Source of the DNA: Candidatus Multivoradales bacterium
GTDB lineage: Bacteria > Acidobacteriota > Thermoanaerobaculia > Multivoradales > Multivoraceae
Assembly (NCBI GenBank): GCA_965223325.1
Contig: CBDCWI010000001.1
Coordinates: 928,001-992,000 of the forward strand
Reading direction: 5' to 3'
Length of the DNA: 64,000 nucleotides
Shown: positions 19,403 to 29,954 of the stretch, piece after piece
How the letters are laid out: each line of letters starts with the position of its first letter
Position numbering within the stretch: the first letter of the stretch is position 1
Notes under the pieces: model-generated
Told to the model about the DNA's origin: nothing
What the model saw: only the letters and a program-made list of their open reading frames with translations
The model's database searches: none
Made by a program: the position numbers and the translations under genes

Positions 19403-21139
19403 TCAAGTCGCTTCGGCGAGCGCACAGCGACGGGCATCGCCGCACGCCGAGCGCCGGCCAGTCTCTGGATCGATGTAGATGCCCTCGAACGAACCCATAC
19501 CGAAGTTCTTCGGATTCACCACCTTGGCGCCCAGGCCACGTTCGTTGGCGGCTTCGAGGGTCGCGGTTGGAAAGTCCGCCTCGACCGCGGAAAACATGCC
19601 GCCTCCGGCCGAGTAGGCGTTGCCGAAGCGCGGCAGGTTGATCGAGGTTTCGATGTCGAGACCACAGTCGAGCAGGTTGGTTGTGTTCTGCACAATGTTC
19701 TGCAGCAGGCTGCCGCTGGGCGAGCCCGACACGATGATCGGCTTTCCGCCAGACATCACCATGTTGGGGGCGACATAGACGGTGGCGCGCTCGCCGGCTT
19801 CGGGCATGACACGGAAGAAGTGCGCTCCGGTGGCAAAGACGGCGACGCCATTGGCGAACAAACCGTTGCTCCACGGCAGCGACATGCACGAGTGCAGGAT
19901 GGTCGCCGCATTGCCATCCTTATCCACCGCACTGACGTGACAGCTACCGGGAAGAGGAGCCGGTTCAGTACTCGCCGGAGCGTCCATCTGCAGCAGGCGA
20001 AAGCGCGTCTCGGCGTACTCTTTCGAAGTGATCATCTCGAGCGGCACGTCGTGGTACTTGGGGTCGCGATGTTTGCCACCGTCGGCGAACACCTGCTGGC
20101 AGATGCGCGCCATCTGCCAGAGCAGTTCCGGAGACTCCGGCACTGGCCCGAGCTCAGCTACGTCGAGGAACTCGAGCATCTGCAGGATCTCGATCAGGTG
20201 CGTGCCACCGTTGTCGGGCAATGGTGAACCCACCAACTGGTAGCCGCGATAGGAGCCGGTGGCTGGCTCGTCGAATCGGACATCGTAGCGCTCAAAGTCT
20301 TCGCGCGTCATGACGCCGCCGGCGGCCTGCACGGCATCACAGTGGTGCTTGGCAAAATCGCCGCGGTAGAAGTAGTCGTTTCCTTCCTCCACCAGGCGTT
20401 CGAGCGTGCGCGCGGCTTCTTTCTGGAAGAGCGTGGCGCCCGGGTCGACCAGAGCGCCGTCGCGGAAAAAGACCTCGCGACCCTGCTCGCTCTTGCCCAG
20501 GGTGTTGGCCATGGTGAACATCTCACCGTAGAGAAACGGGTGCACTTCGAAACCGTCGCGTGCATAGGCGATCGCTGCCGCGCATAGCTCTCGCGACGAC
20601 TTCGTACCATGACGTTCGCGCGACGCCTCGTAGCCCGCCCAGAAGCCCGGCACGCCACAGCCCAGACCGGTCGCCGTGGCATCCGGACCCCAGCCATCGA
20701 GATCTGCAAGCGGCCGATTCATGCCGCCATTGACGTAGCTCGACTTGCCCGTCGCCGTATCGAAATAGAGCATGCTGAGGACACCGGTGATGCCGGTCAT
20801 GTGCGGTTCAACCACCGTCTGGGTAATCGAGGCCGCCAGCGCCGCGTCGGCCGCGTTGCCACCGGCGCGCAGGATGTCGGAGCCAGCGCGCGTCGCCAGG
20901 GGATGCGCCGAGATCACCATGCCGCCGTCACCCTGCGCGAGCTCCTTGCGACCGAAGACCGCCTTGGCGATCAGGCGCTTGCGCTCCTCGTCGTCGACCG
21001 AACCCGGGGTGCCACCGCGGCTGTCTGCGGTGGGCCGAAAAAGGGTACCGGCGCTCGGATGGCCTACGCCCGCCGCGACGCCCGTCGCTCCCAGTCCGAG
21101 CAGACTGCCTTCGATGAAATGTCGACGATTGAGGGACAT
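19403..21139 (-). CDS. ggt: Tat-exported gamma-glutamyltransferase-family (Ntn hydrolase) protein
   Basis: NRRHFIEG Tat motif; GGNAADAA, VVEPHMTGITG, GVPG, YFYRGD, SCHVSAVDKDGN, GDARR. Confidence 0.85.
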   Translation of the reverse strand: MSLNRRHFIEGSLLGLGATGVAAGVGHPSAGTLFRPTADSRGGTPGSVDDEERKRLIAKAVFGRKELAQGDGGMVISAHPLATRAGSDILRAGGNAADAALAASITQTVVEPHMTGITGVLSMLYFDTATGKSSYVNGGMNRPLADLDGWGPDATATGLGCGVPGFWAGYEASRERHGTKSSRELCAAAIAYARDGFEVHPFLYGEMFTMANTLGKSEQGREVFFRDGALVDPGATLFQKEAARTLERLVEEGNDYFYRGDFAKHHCDAVQAAGGVMTREDFERYDVRFDEPATGSYRGYQLVGSPLPDNGGTHLIEILQMLEFLDVAELGPVPESPELLWQMARICQQVFADGGKHRDPKYHDVPLEMITSKEYAETRFRLLQMDAPASTEPAPLPGSCHVSAVDKDGNAATILHSCMSLPWSNGLFANGVAVFATGAHFFRVMPEAGERATVYVAPNMVMSGGKPIIVSGSPSGSLLQNIVQNTTNLLDCGLDIETSINLPRFGNAYSAGGGMFSAVEADFPTATLEAANERGLGAKVVNPKNFGMGSFEGIYIDPETGRRSACGDARRCALAEAT

Positions 21140-21247
21140 GACACAAGACCTCTTTGAATGAACGTTGAGGAAGGGTGATTGTGGTGCAGGCTCCAAGATA
21201 GCGCAGCGGCCAGAAACCCTTGGGGGGTCCGGTCGGAAGGGAACCCC

Positions 21248-23494
21248 CTAGCGCGAGAACAGGTAGGTGAACTTCACCACCACCTGATCACCGGTGGTTT
21301 CGGTGTGCGACAACGACGTCGCCTGCCAGGCCTTGTTGTAGACGACGAAGAGATCGGCCCCCGGCCGATAGATCCAGTTGTAGCGCAGGTTGAGGCCGAG
21401 GACCTCTGCCGAGTCGCTCCACTGTACGAAGGCGTCGACGCGCTGGTTGGGGTTGAAGCTGAGGGCACCGCGCAAGCTCAGAACCTCGGTGGTGAAGGAA
21501 GCGCCAGGGAGCTCGATCTCCGTCCACGAACGGTTGAGCGACAACTGCAGAAACTTGTTCGGGCGATAGGTGGCGCCCGCCGACAGGTCACGCCGGTCGC
21601 CGTCGAAGAAGCCACCCGCGCCGCCGTGCAGTTGCCAGAAGAACTTCTTCTGACTGGGACTCCAATAGAAGAAGCTCCACCTGGTGTCGAAGTCGTAGCG
21701 CCCGGGATCGATGGTCACCCCGGGTCTGATCTCGAAGGGTTCGAAAAGACGTTCGGTTGTCTCTTCGGCCCAGATGAAGAACGAGCTTCCGCCAAACGTC
21801 TCGAAGCCGATCAGATCACCCGACAGCTGACGACTTTCCATCACCCCTGAGCTCTCTTGGGCGATGTGTTTGAAGGTGTATCCCATCTGCAGGTTGCGGA
21901 TGCCGAAGCGCTCGATGCGGGTGCGGATCTGTGCTCGGGGTTTGACGAAACGAAAATCTCTGCGCAGAAGAAACCCCATCCCCGGGTCGTAAGAGTCATC
22001 CACTTCGAGCCCTTCCAGACCGATCGACCAGGTGTCGGCCTCGTAGTTGGCTTCAAAACCCGTAGCCGTCCCATCCGCCCGCTGTCGGTCGCCTGAAGCG
22101 CCTGGACGATCGCGGCTCTCTGAAACAAAGCCACGCAAACCGAGTCGCCGCGTCGGGTTGAAGGTCGCATCGAGGCCGACGACCCGGTTGCTGGCACCGT
22201 CGTCGTAACGGCGCTCGGTGGCGATAAGGCCTATGTTCGAGCGCGTTCCGAGATTGCGCACGACGCGCGCGACACCGAACTCGGTCGACTCCCGGGCGCC
22301 GTCGTCGGCTCTGGTCACAACACCGAGAGCGCCAACGCTCCAATGGTTGCCGACTCGTCCGGTCAGGCGCGTTCCAAAGCGGATTGGAATCGCCTGCCCA
22401 TTGGAATCGAGACCGATGCGGCGCGAGAAGAAGACCTTCATGAGCACTGGGTCGAAGTCGAATTGACGCTTGACTGGGCCGAACTCGAACAGCCCGGCGT
22501 TCTCGAGGAAGAACTCGCGCTTCTCAGGTAGAAACAGCGGAAAGCGCGTCAGGTTGACACGCTGCTCGTCGACTTCGACCTCGGCAAAATCGGTGTTGAC
22601 GGTGAGATCGACCGACAGGTTGCGGGTCGGCCCCCACTTCGCGTCAACACCGAACTCGGCATCGCTGGTGGTGTCGCCGGTCCCGCCCGCCCGTACCCGC
22701 GTGTTGGACAGGTCAGCGGTCACAAAAGGTTTCACTTGCAGCTGTTGGCTCGGCCGCAGATCGCGCAGACCGGTGAGGGTGCCGGCGAGTGAGATTCGCA
22801 TCTCGTCGGCGTCGCGACCGGTTGGAGACCATACGTCCTGTTCGGACTTCGCTGCCACTCGGCGCACGATCTGCAGCCCCCAGGTCGTCTGTGCGGGATC
22901 GAAGCGCAGGGTCGAGAAGGGAATCTCGATCTCGGCAGTAAAGCCGCGCGGACTGCGTTTCGCAGCCACCCGCCAGATTCCGTCCCACTCGGAGTTGACG
23001 TCGCGCCCCTCGTCGGTCACCAGAAGATCCCGGCGGGCTCCATTGCCGTTGGTCTCGAAAACGTAGGCGTTGCGGCGGTCATGGAACGTGTCGAGAATGA
23101 TCGCCACCGAGTCGTCGCCGGCCAACAGGGCGTCGCGCGCCTGCTGGCGAGCGATCAGGTTTTCTGCCGCGGCAACGATCGCGATGTAGAGGTGCGCGTC
23201 TCCGAGTACGAAACGGAGGGCGGTGTTCTCGGTCGCCGGCTCACCCTCGTACGGTTCGCGCTGTTTGAAGTCCCTGGCAACGCCGGCGCGCTGCCAGACA
23301 GCTTCGTCGAGGACTCCGTCGAGGCGGATCGCCTCATCTCCCTCGAGCGTGACGGCGGCCACCGTCGGCCGAGCGGCGGCCCCTTGCGAGAAGCCCGGCT
23401 CTGAGCCGACCAGGGCGAGCGCGAGAAGGCCGGCGAGAAGAGTCCGGTCGCTCGCCCGGCGACACCCCAGGCGCTTTGGGTGATCGATCTGCAT
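21248..23494 (-). CDS. CBM9-like plus DUF5916 domain protein, probably outer membrane
   Basis: IRLDGVLDEAVW, AEIEIPFSTLRF, DLTVNTDFAEVEVD, PEKREFFLE, FFSRRIGL, C-terminal KFTYLF. Confidence 0.85.
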   Translation of the reverse strand: MQIDHPKRLGCRRASDRTLLAGLLALALVGSEPGFSQGAAARPTVAAVTLEGDEAIRLDGVLDEAVWQRAGVARDFKQREPYEGEPATENTALRFVLGDAHLYIAIVAAAENLIARQQARDALLAGDDSVAIILDTFHDRRNAYVFETNGNGARRDLLVTDEGRDVNSEWDGIWRVAAKRSPRGFTAEIEIPFSTLRFDPAQTTWGLQIVRRVAAKSEQDVWSPTGRDADEMRISLAGTLTGLRDLRPSQQLQVKPFVTADLSNTRVRAGGTGDTTSDAEFGVDAKWGPTRNLSVDLTVNTDFAEVEVDEQRVNLTRFPLFLPEKREFFLENAGLFEFGPVKRQFDFDPVLMKVFFSRRIGLDSNGQAIPIRFGTRLTGRVGNHWSVGALGVVTRADDGARESTEFGVARVVRNLGTRSNIGLIATERRYDDGASNRVVGLDATFNPTRRLGLRGFVSESRDRPGASGDRQRADGTATGFEANYEADTWSIGLEGLEVDDSYDPGMGFLLRRDFRFVKPRAQIRTRIERFGIRNLQMGYTFKHIAQESSGVMESRQLSGDLIGFETFGGSSFFIWAEETTERLFEPFEIRPGVTIDPGRYDFDTRWSFFYWSPSQKKFFWQLHGGAGGFFDGDRRDLSAGATYRPNKFLQLSLNRSWTEIELPGASFTTEVLSLRGALSFNPNQRVDAFVQWSDSAEVLGLNLRYNWIYRPGADLFVVYNKAWQATSLSHTETTGDQVVVKFTYLFSR

Positions 23495-23577
23495 GGTTCC
23501 TGGGGCCCTAGGCAACACGGCCAAGTCTGCGCGCGGCCGAATCTACCCGAAGCGAGGCTCGGCCCTGGAGGCCTCTT

Positions 23578-24090
23578 CTAGGGCACAAACGGCTCTGCCG
23601 AATCGATGTCGTAGAGCTCGAGCTTCATGTCGGCTCCCTTACCGCGTCGTAACATACGCTTTCCGTGTCGTGGAAAATCAGCGATCTCGACGGCGAGGCT
23701 CTCGCCACCCATGAGGTAGACGAGATCCTCGTCACCCGCGTTCTTCAGGTTGTGGGCAACAGAGGGAGTGGGAAAACCCATGAAGTCTCCGGCACCGACC
23801 GCGAACTCCTGGTCGTCGATTTCAGCGATTCCACTGCCCGAGAGAATGTAGATCCACTCCTCCTCGCGCTCGTGCGAGTGGAAGGCGAAGGACACTTTGC
23901 CCGGCGGAACGCGGGCGATCGAAACGCCGGTGCGCGATAGCCCCGCCAGGCGACTGAGCCCGGTGATGAACACGTGGGACTCGGGTTCGAAGGGGTGCGA
24001 GAACTCGTGCTCACTTCGCCCGGGCGCGCCGGTCTGGACCAGTGGACTTGGCCGGTTCTCCTCTACCTTCGTTGCTTCTTCGTCACTCAT
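23578..24090 (-). CDS. Cupin domain protein
   Basis: FHSHEREEEWIYILSG and AHNLKN cupin motifs. Confidence 0.88.
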   Translation of the reverse strand: MSDEEATKVEENRPSPLVQTGAPGRSEHEFSHPFEPESHVFITGLSRLAGLSRTGVSIARVPPGKVSFAFHSHEREEEWIYILSGSGIAEIDDQEFAVGAGDFMGFPTPSVAHNLKNAGDEDLVYLMGGESLAVEIADFPRHGKRMLRRGKGADMKLELYDIDSAEPFVP

Positions 24091-24114
24091 CGTCTGCTCC
24101 AATCGTCTCGTGGA

Positions 24115-25161
24115 TCAAAACCGGCCGGGGCCACCCGCCTGGGGACGGGATTTCATAACCTTCCTGGCCAGTCCTCCCAGACCTCCGTACCAGCGGGACC
24201 GCCAGGCGTCGATGAGCGCCGCAACGACGATCACGCTGCCGGTGACGACACGCTTGGTTGGCTCACTCGACCCCACCGAGGCGAGCCCGGTTTGCAGAAC
24301 CGCGATGATCAAAACACCAATGAAGGTGTTGATCACCGAACCACGCCCGCCCATCAGACTCGTTCCACCGATGACCGCCGCGGCAATCGCCGCCAGCTCG
24401 AGGCCAACCGCTGCGTTCGGGTCGGCGCTCGACAGGCGACTCGTTTGCATGAGCGCGCCCAGGCCACAGAGTAGTCCAGAAATCCCGAACACCGCGATGC
24501 GATAGGGGCGGGCGTCGATGCCCGACATCTTGACCGCTTCTTCGTTGGTACCGATGGCAACGAGGTAGCGACCGAGAACGGTGCGCTCGAGCACCAGCTG
24601 GGCCACCACCACGACCGCCACCGCCACCAGGAAAGACGGTGACAGGCGAAGCCCGGGTAGGGGCTCGCCGAGCCAGGAAATCTCGGAACCGATGTACTTC
24701 GTCTGCGAGTCGGTCACCAGAAACGCTCCGCCCCGCGCCACCTCGAGCATGCCCAGGGTGACGATGAACGACGGCAGGCGTGCCAGCACGGTGATCGAAC
24801 CGCTCACCAGCCCGCAGACCAGACCAACCAGAAGGGCGAGGGTCGCGGCGCTTGCCAGTGACCAACCGGAGTCGACCATCAACGCCCCGGTGACCGCAGC
24901 GCAGAACGCCAGGACCGAACCTACCGAAAGGTCGATTCCGGCGGCGATGAGAACCAGGGTCATGCCGACCGCGACCACCGTCAGGTCGGGAATCTGATTG
25001 GCAATCGACACCAGCGTCCGGGCTGAGAGAAAACTCTCACTCTGGCTGCCGAAAAGGAGAACCAGAAGCACCAGCGCCGCTAGGAGACCCAGGAGATCGG
25101 CAGCGAATCGCGTTCGTCGCCGGTCGACGGTCGGAAGGCTGGCGTCCAGGTCGGCGCTCAT
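24115..25161 (-). CDS. rbsC: Ribose-type sugar ABC transporter permease
   Basis: GIDLSVGS, PSFIVTLG, GTNEEAVKMSGI, ELAAIAAAVIGGTSLMGG. Confidence 0.88.
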   Translation of the reverse strand: MSADLDASLPTVDRRRTRFAADLLGLLAALVLLVLLFGSQSESFLSARTLVSIANQIPDLTVVAVGMTLVLIAAGIDLSVGSVLAFCAAVTGALMVDSGWSLASAATLALLVGLVCGLVSGSITVLARLPSFIVTLGMLEVARGGAFLVTDSQTKYIGSEISWLGEPLPGLRLSPSFLVAVAVVVVAQLVLERTVLGRYLVAIGTNEEAVKMSGIDARPYRIAVFGISGLLCGLGALMQTSRLSSADPNAAVGLELAAIAAAVIGGTSLMGGRGSVINTFIGVLIIAVLQTGLASVGSSEPTKRVVTGSVIVVAALIDAWRSRWYGGLGGLARKVMKSRPQAGGPGRF

Positions 25162-26714
25162 GCCGAACGCCTCCCCTCGTAGCCGCGAAACGCCGCCGCC
25201 AGAATCTCCTCGCGTGACCACGCCGAGCGCTCGAAACGCTGGATGAGCTGGCCGTTCGACATCACCAGAATCGCATCGCAGGTTGCCATCAACTCGTCCA
25301 GGTCGCTGGAGACGATCAACAAGGCCTTCCCGTCTTCGGCCAGGTCTTCGAACAAGCCATAGATCAAGAGGCGGGCTGCGACATCGATACCGCGGGTCGG
25401 TTCGTCGAAAAGGAGAACCTGGTCACCGCGCGCCAACCACTTGGCCAGGACAACCTTCTGCTGGTTGCCGCCGGAAAGCTCGACGGCCGGTTGGTCGATG
25501 CTCTGGCAGCGCAAGTCGAGTGCCCGGCGTTGTGCCTCGACCTGCTGGCGTTCACGCCGCTCGTCGAGCCACCCGCGGCGCCGCGGCACATCGGCGAGGG
25601 TTGCCGAGAACAAGAGCGGGCGTTCGAGCAGGAGACCGTCTGCCTTACGGTCTTCGGTCACCATCGCGATGCCCCGTAGAACCGCGTCGCTCGGGTGCCT
25701 GAAGCTCGGTTCCAGTTCCGGGAGTTGGCCATCGACTGCCACTGCCAGCGAACCACTCGCGGCACGATCGGCGCCGAAGATGGCGCGCAAGAGCTCGGTG
25801 CGCCCCGAACCCACCAGACCAGCGACACCCAACCGCTCGCCGCAACACAGATCGAAACTCACATCCTGGACCAGCGGGCCACAACAGAGCCCCTCGACCC
25901 GAAGCGCAACCTCGTCCCGGCACCAACTCCGAAACACTGCCGCCTCTCGAGCCACTTCACCGGTTAGAAGCGACACCATGGTCTGGTTCGCAGTCTGCGC
26001 CGTTTCACGGGTCGTAACCTTGCTCCCGTCTCGGAGAACGGTGATTCGATCGGTCAGTTCACGAAGCTCATCGAGGCGGTGGGTCACGAAGAGAGTGGCG
26101 ACTCCATCCTCCCGCAGCACCGAGAGCTGGGCGAACAAGACCTCGACCTCACGCGCGCTGAGTGCCGCGGTGGGTTCGTCGAGAATGAGCACCCGGCATT
26201 CGCGCACCAAAGCGGCCGCGATTTCGACCAGTTGTTGCTGGCCGACGCCGAGCTCCCCTACCGGAAGAGCCGGATCGATCGTCGCTTGACCGACAGCCTC
26301 GAGTGCCGACGCAGACTCGCGGTGGAGGCGACCGGAGTCGATCCACCCCATTCGATGCGGTAGCTGGTTGAGGAAGAGGTTCTCGGCAACCGACAGCGTC
26401 GGAACCAGGTTGAGCTCCTGCTGAACGATCTGCACACCCCGCGCCTCGGCGTCGCGCTTCCCGGTCGGCGCGTAGGTCTCGTCGCCGAGCGTCATCCGGC
26501 CGGCGCTCGGCGGCAAGAGACCGGCGAGGATTCTGCACAGAGTGCTCTTGCCAGCGCCGTTGGCTCCCACGAGTCCGTGGATCTCGCCGGCGGCGAGGTC
26601 AAAGTCGACCTCCGAGAGGACGCGGACGTTGTAGTCCTTCGATAGCCCGTGGGTGGCCAACACCGTTTCGTTTGCCGAAGCAGGTGGGGAGTGCCCACCC
26701 CCGGGCGTTGTCAT
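25158..26714 (-). CDS. rbsA: Ribose-type sugar ABC transporter ATP-binding protein (two NBDs)
   Basis: GANGAGKST, ILDEPT, TEDRK, LSGGNQQK, DEPTRGID. Confidence 0.92.
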   Translation of the reverse strand: MTTPGGGHSPPASANETVLATHGLSKDYNVRVLSEVDFDLAAGEIHGLVGANGAGKSTLCRILAGLLPPSAGRMTLGDETYAPTGKRDAEARGVQIVQQELNLVPTLSVAENLFLNQLPHRMGWIDSGRLHRESASALEAVGQATIDPALPVGELGVGQQQLVEIAAALVRECRVLILDEPTAALSAREVEVLFAQLSVLREDGVATLFVTHRLDELRELTDRITVLRDGSKVTTRETAQTANQTMVSLLTGEVAREAAVFRSWCRDEVALRVEGLCCGPLVQDVSFDLCCGERLGVAGLVGSGRTELLRAIFGADRAASGSLAVAVDGQLPELEPSFRHPSDAVLRGIAMVTEDRKADGLLLERPLLFSATLADVPRRRGWLDERRERQQVEAQRRALDLRCQSIDQPAVELSGGNQQKVVLAKWLARGDQVLLFDEPTRGIDVAARLLIYGLFEDLAEDGKALLIVSSDLDELMATCDAILVMSNGQLIQRFERSAWSREEILAAAFRGYEGRRSA

Positions 26715-26721
26715 CAGGTGA

Positions 26722-27672
26722 TCACTCGAGGTCGGCGGCGGTGATCAAGTCGACCGCGGTCTCGAGGTCTTCGACTTTGCGCTCCGGGTCGGCCAGCAAC
26801 TCGAGGGCGAACTCGATGCCGAAGACTGCGAGGCGGTCGGCATGTTGATCGGCAGTCGCCAGAATCCGGCCTTCCCGAATCGCCTCTTGAACCGCCGAGA
26901 TGTTGTCGAACCCGACGATCAGCACCTCCCCCTCGCGCCCCGCCGCGCGCACCGCGGCCAGAGCGCCGAGTGCCATGTTGTCGTTGCAGGCGAGGATTGC
27001 CGTGGCGCTCGGGTGCTCGGCCAGCATCGAACTGGCGATGGTGTCTGCCTGGGTCATCTCCCATTGCGCCGACTGCGAATCCACCACCTGCGCCCCGACC
27101 TCGGCCATCGCTTCTTCGAACCCGAGCTTGCGCTCCCTGGCATTGAACGACGTGCGCACGCCTTCGAGAATGAGCACCTCGTCGCCGGCTTCGAGTTTGC
27201 CGGCCAGGAAGGCGCCCACGGCGCGCGCTCCGGCGCGATTGTCGGGCCCGACGAAGGCAACCTCGATACCCTCCTCGTCGAGGACCTCCCGGTCCAAGCG
27301 GTTGTCGATATTGACCACCACGATGCCCTCCTCGATCGCCCGCCGAAGGACCGGCGTCAGCGCCTTCGAGTCCGCCGGCGCAATCACGATGGCGTCAACA
27401 CCCGCGGCGATCATCTCGTCGACCAGAGCCACCTGACGACTCAGATCACGCTCGTCTTCGATGCCGTTGGTCACCAACTCGTATTGATCGCTGTGGGCAC
27501 GCTGATGCTCGCGGGCGCCGTCGGCCATGGTGGCGAAGAACTCGTTGGCGAGTGACTTCATGATCAGTGCGACCCGTGGCCGATCAGGTTCGGTGGCCAC
27601 ATCGTCCGCTGCACCGCAACTGGCAAGCGACACCGAAATGACCAAGAGCACCAGCAGCCGACCAGGACTCAT
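26722..27672 (-). CDS. rbsB: Ribose-type sugar ABC transporter substrate-binding lipoprotein
   Basis: Lipobox LASC; IMKSLANEFF, NIDN, ACNDNMALG, VGFDN. Confidence 0.88.
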   Translation of the reverse strand: MSPGRLLVLLVISVSLASCGAADDVATEPDRPRVALIMKSLANEFFATMADGAREHQRAHSDQYELVTNGIEDERDLSRQVALVDEMIAAGVDAIVIAPADSKALTPVLRRAIEEGIVVVNIDNRLDREVLDEEGIEVAFVGPDNRAGARAVGAFLAGKLEAGDEVLILEGVRTSFNARERKLGFEEAMAEVGAQVVDSQSAQWEMTQADTIASSMLAEHPSATAILACNDNMALGALAAVRAAGREGEVLIVGFDNISAVQEAIREGRILATADQHADRLAVFGIEFALELLADPERKVEDLETAVDLITAADLE

Positions 27673-27882
27673 GGCTCTGAACGCTCGAGTGCAAACCGCA
27701 CCGCCCCGAACCTCCTTCGACGAAGCATGAAGGATTCCCTCCCGGCCCCTCAGGTGGGGGTCCCAAAAGCCCCGGAGCCGCGGCCTGGAATCGAGCATGA
27801 AGTGACCTCTGAGTTGTTGCGAGCAGACGTGCGGCGACGTTACCGCATCGCCCCTCGCGACCTCAGACCTCCAGTGCTTGAC

Positions 27883-28779
27883 CTATTGTTCATCCTCGAG
27901 CACCAGCCGAACGTCGACGGGCTGACCGTCCCAACGCGCCGGCTCGAAGCGCCACTGCCGGACGGCTTCGGAAGCCTCGGGGCCACTCCCCTGCCAGGTC
28001 AACGCGCAAGGGACCGCACCGCTCTCGTCGATCACCGCCAGGACAAGGACTGGCCGCCTGCGCTCGCCTCGCGTTGCCTCCCCGGAGGGTCGTCTCCTCT
28101 GCGGTGCTTCGAGCTGGGCGTCGACGGGCTTCCAGGTGGCGAGTTCTCCACCGGCTGGCCCATGGGCAGGCGCGAGCAGGCAACGCTGGTTCTCGAGCGC
28201 CAAGCGTGCGCCGTCGCCGAGTTTCGAAGCGTCGATCCCCCCGTTGACCCGGCGGGCTTCGTCCAACGCTCCGCCGAGCAGATGAGCCCGGGCGAGAGCG
28301 AGCTCTGCCAAGCCGGCATCGGGGTCGAGCGCGAGCGACGTCTCGAGGTCGGCAACGGCTCTCTGCACAGAGTCCGCGCGCTTCGAGGCATCAGCAAGAG
28401 ACCTCGACACCGCATCGTCGAGCCGAGCCTCGGCGAGTCGGCGAAAGGCCACCGCCGCGGCACTGGCGTCGATCTCCGCTGCCTCGAGGGTGTGCGCCCA
28501 TTCGGCCGCACGCGCCAGGCGGTGGTCCGCGAGGGCGGCCACGACACAGCCGAGAGCGGCGGTGCTGGCCTGGCGATTCGAGAGGCGCCAGGCCCTTTCG
28601 AACTGCCGCAGCGCGCGACTGGCGCGCCCCTTCTCGAGTGAACGTTCGGCCTTGCCGATGAGCGCCGCGACATCTGAGGCCCTGAACTCCTCGGCGGCCT
28701 CGGCGCACCGCGGAAAAGAGCCCGCGCCCAGCCCGAGCAGGAGCGCGAGCGGCAGGGTTACCCAGGTCATCTTTCTCAT
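27883..28779 (-). CDS. Exported helical-repeat (TPR-like) protein with a TonB C-terminal-like domain
   Basis: AGAGGAGG RBS, signal peptide, Ala/Leu-rich helical repeats, C-terminal AVIDESG...AVRQWRFEPARWDGQPVDV. Confidence 0.65.
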   Translation of the reverse strand: MRKMTWVTLPLALLLGLGAGSFPRCAEAAEEFRASDVAALIGKAERSLEKGRASRALRQFERAWRLSNRQASTAALGCVVAALADHRLARAAEWAHTLEAAEIDASAAAVAFRRLAEARLDDAVSRSLADASKRADSVQRAVADLETSLALDPDAGLAELALARAHLLGGALDEARRVNGGIDASKLGDGARLALENQRCLLAPAHGPAGGELATWKPVDAQLEAPQRRRPSGEATRGERRRPVLVLAVIDESGAVPCALTWQGSGPEASEAVRQWRFEPARWDGQPVDVRLVLEDEQ

Positions 28780-28888
28780 CAGCGTGGCGCCTCCTCTTGT
28801 GCCGCAGGCCAGTTCGCTCGAGCGCTCAAGGCGGCCAAGGTCCAGGGTGATTCTATGCCGCGCCCTTTTCTCAGCAGCCGCTAGCGCC

Positions 28889-29923
28889 TCAGGCAGGACA
28901 CATGCGAACGAGGTCGCAACAGAAGGCGACGACCTGCTCTTCGGCCCAGTGGCGCGTTCGCCAGGGCGATCCCAGAACGAAGCCGACGTGACCACCGTGG
29001 TCCGTGAAGGCTGGAACGAGCACTGGCTGGTTCGCGATGAGCTCCACCGGGTGCGTGCTGGCGGGGTTGAACGGGTCGTCGCGCGCCGCGACGAGAAGTG
29101 TTGGGCGGTCGATGCCGGCGAGGAAGTTCACCGAGCCGCACGTTCGCCAGTAGTCCCACGCATCGTCGAAGCCGTGTAGAACTGCGGTCGCGTGGTTGTC
29201 GAAGTCTTCGATGGTGCGCACCGCGTGCAGCAGCTCCCTGTCGAGAAGATCGGGAAACTGATCCGCCTTGGCCAGGGCCTTGGGAACCAGGGTGCGAAGG
29301 AACCGCCGCGCATAAATGCCGAAAAACGCCCGGTCGATGACCGGGCCCGAGACCTCGAGATCGAACGGTGGCGAAGTGACCGCTGCTCCTTGGACCTCTC
29401 GTGGCACCCCCCGCCCAGCGGGCGCGCCGTTTTCGCCTAGCCATTTGAGCAGCACGTTCGCGCCCAGCGAAACGCCGGTGATCACGATCGGGCGGCGTGG
29501 TGCCTCGGCAGCCAGGGTCCGCACGATGAGATCGAGGTCGGTGGTTTCACCCGAGTGATAGAGGCGCGGCGCTTTTGTCGGCCGACCATCGCAGGAGCGA
29601 AACATCAAAATCGCGACGTCGAAGCCAGAGTCCAGCAGCTTCCGGGCCGTGCCGGCGAGGTAGTTCGAGCTGAGCGTTGCCTCGAGACCATGCAGCAGCA
29701 GAGCGAGGGGGGCGGGCGGTGCGTGCGCGGTTGGCCCAGTCTCGAAGGCTCGATAGAGCGACAGCTCATCACCATCGGGAGTACTCACAGCCTGGCGGTG
29801 GAGCGCGAGCGGCTCCTGCCTACGAAAGAGCGGGCTCCAGATGGTCTGCAGGTTCGCCTCGCGGAGCCATAGGGGCGGCCGAAACGGCGACCGGCGAAAG
29901 CGATCTTCGGCGCATGCGATCAC
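28889..29923 (-). CDS. YheT-family alpha/beta hydrolase
   Basis: NLQTIW, LLHGLE, LYHSGETTDL, GVSLGAN, ARDDPF, GGHVGF. Confidence 0.88.
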   Translation of the reverse strand: MIACAEDRFRRSPFRPPLWLREANLQTIWSPLFRRQEPLALHRQAVSTPDGDELSLYRAFETGPTAHAPPAPLALLLHGLEATLSSNYLAGTARKLLDSGFDVAILMFRSCDGRPTKAPRLYHSGETTDLDLIVRTLAAEAPRRPIVITGVSLGANVLLKWLGENGAPAGRGVPREVQGAAVTSPPFDLEVSGPVIDRAFFGIYARRFLRTLVPKALAKADQFPDLLDRELLHAVRTIEDFDNHATAVLHGFDDAWDYWRTCGSVNFLAGIDRPTLLVAARDDPFNPASTHPVELIANQPVLVPAFTDHGGHVGFVLGSPWRTRHWAEEQVVAFCCDLVRMCPA

Positions 29924-29954
29924 CTCGGCGGGCGACAGGACGCCGGCTGGGGTC

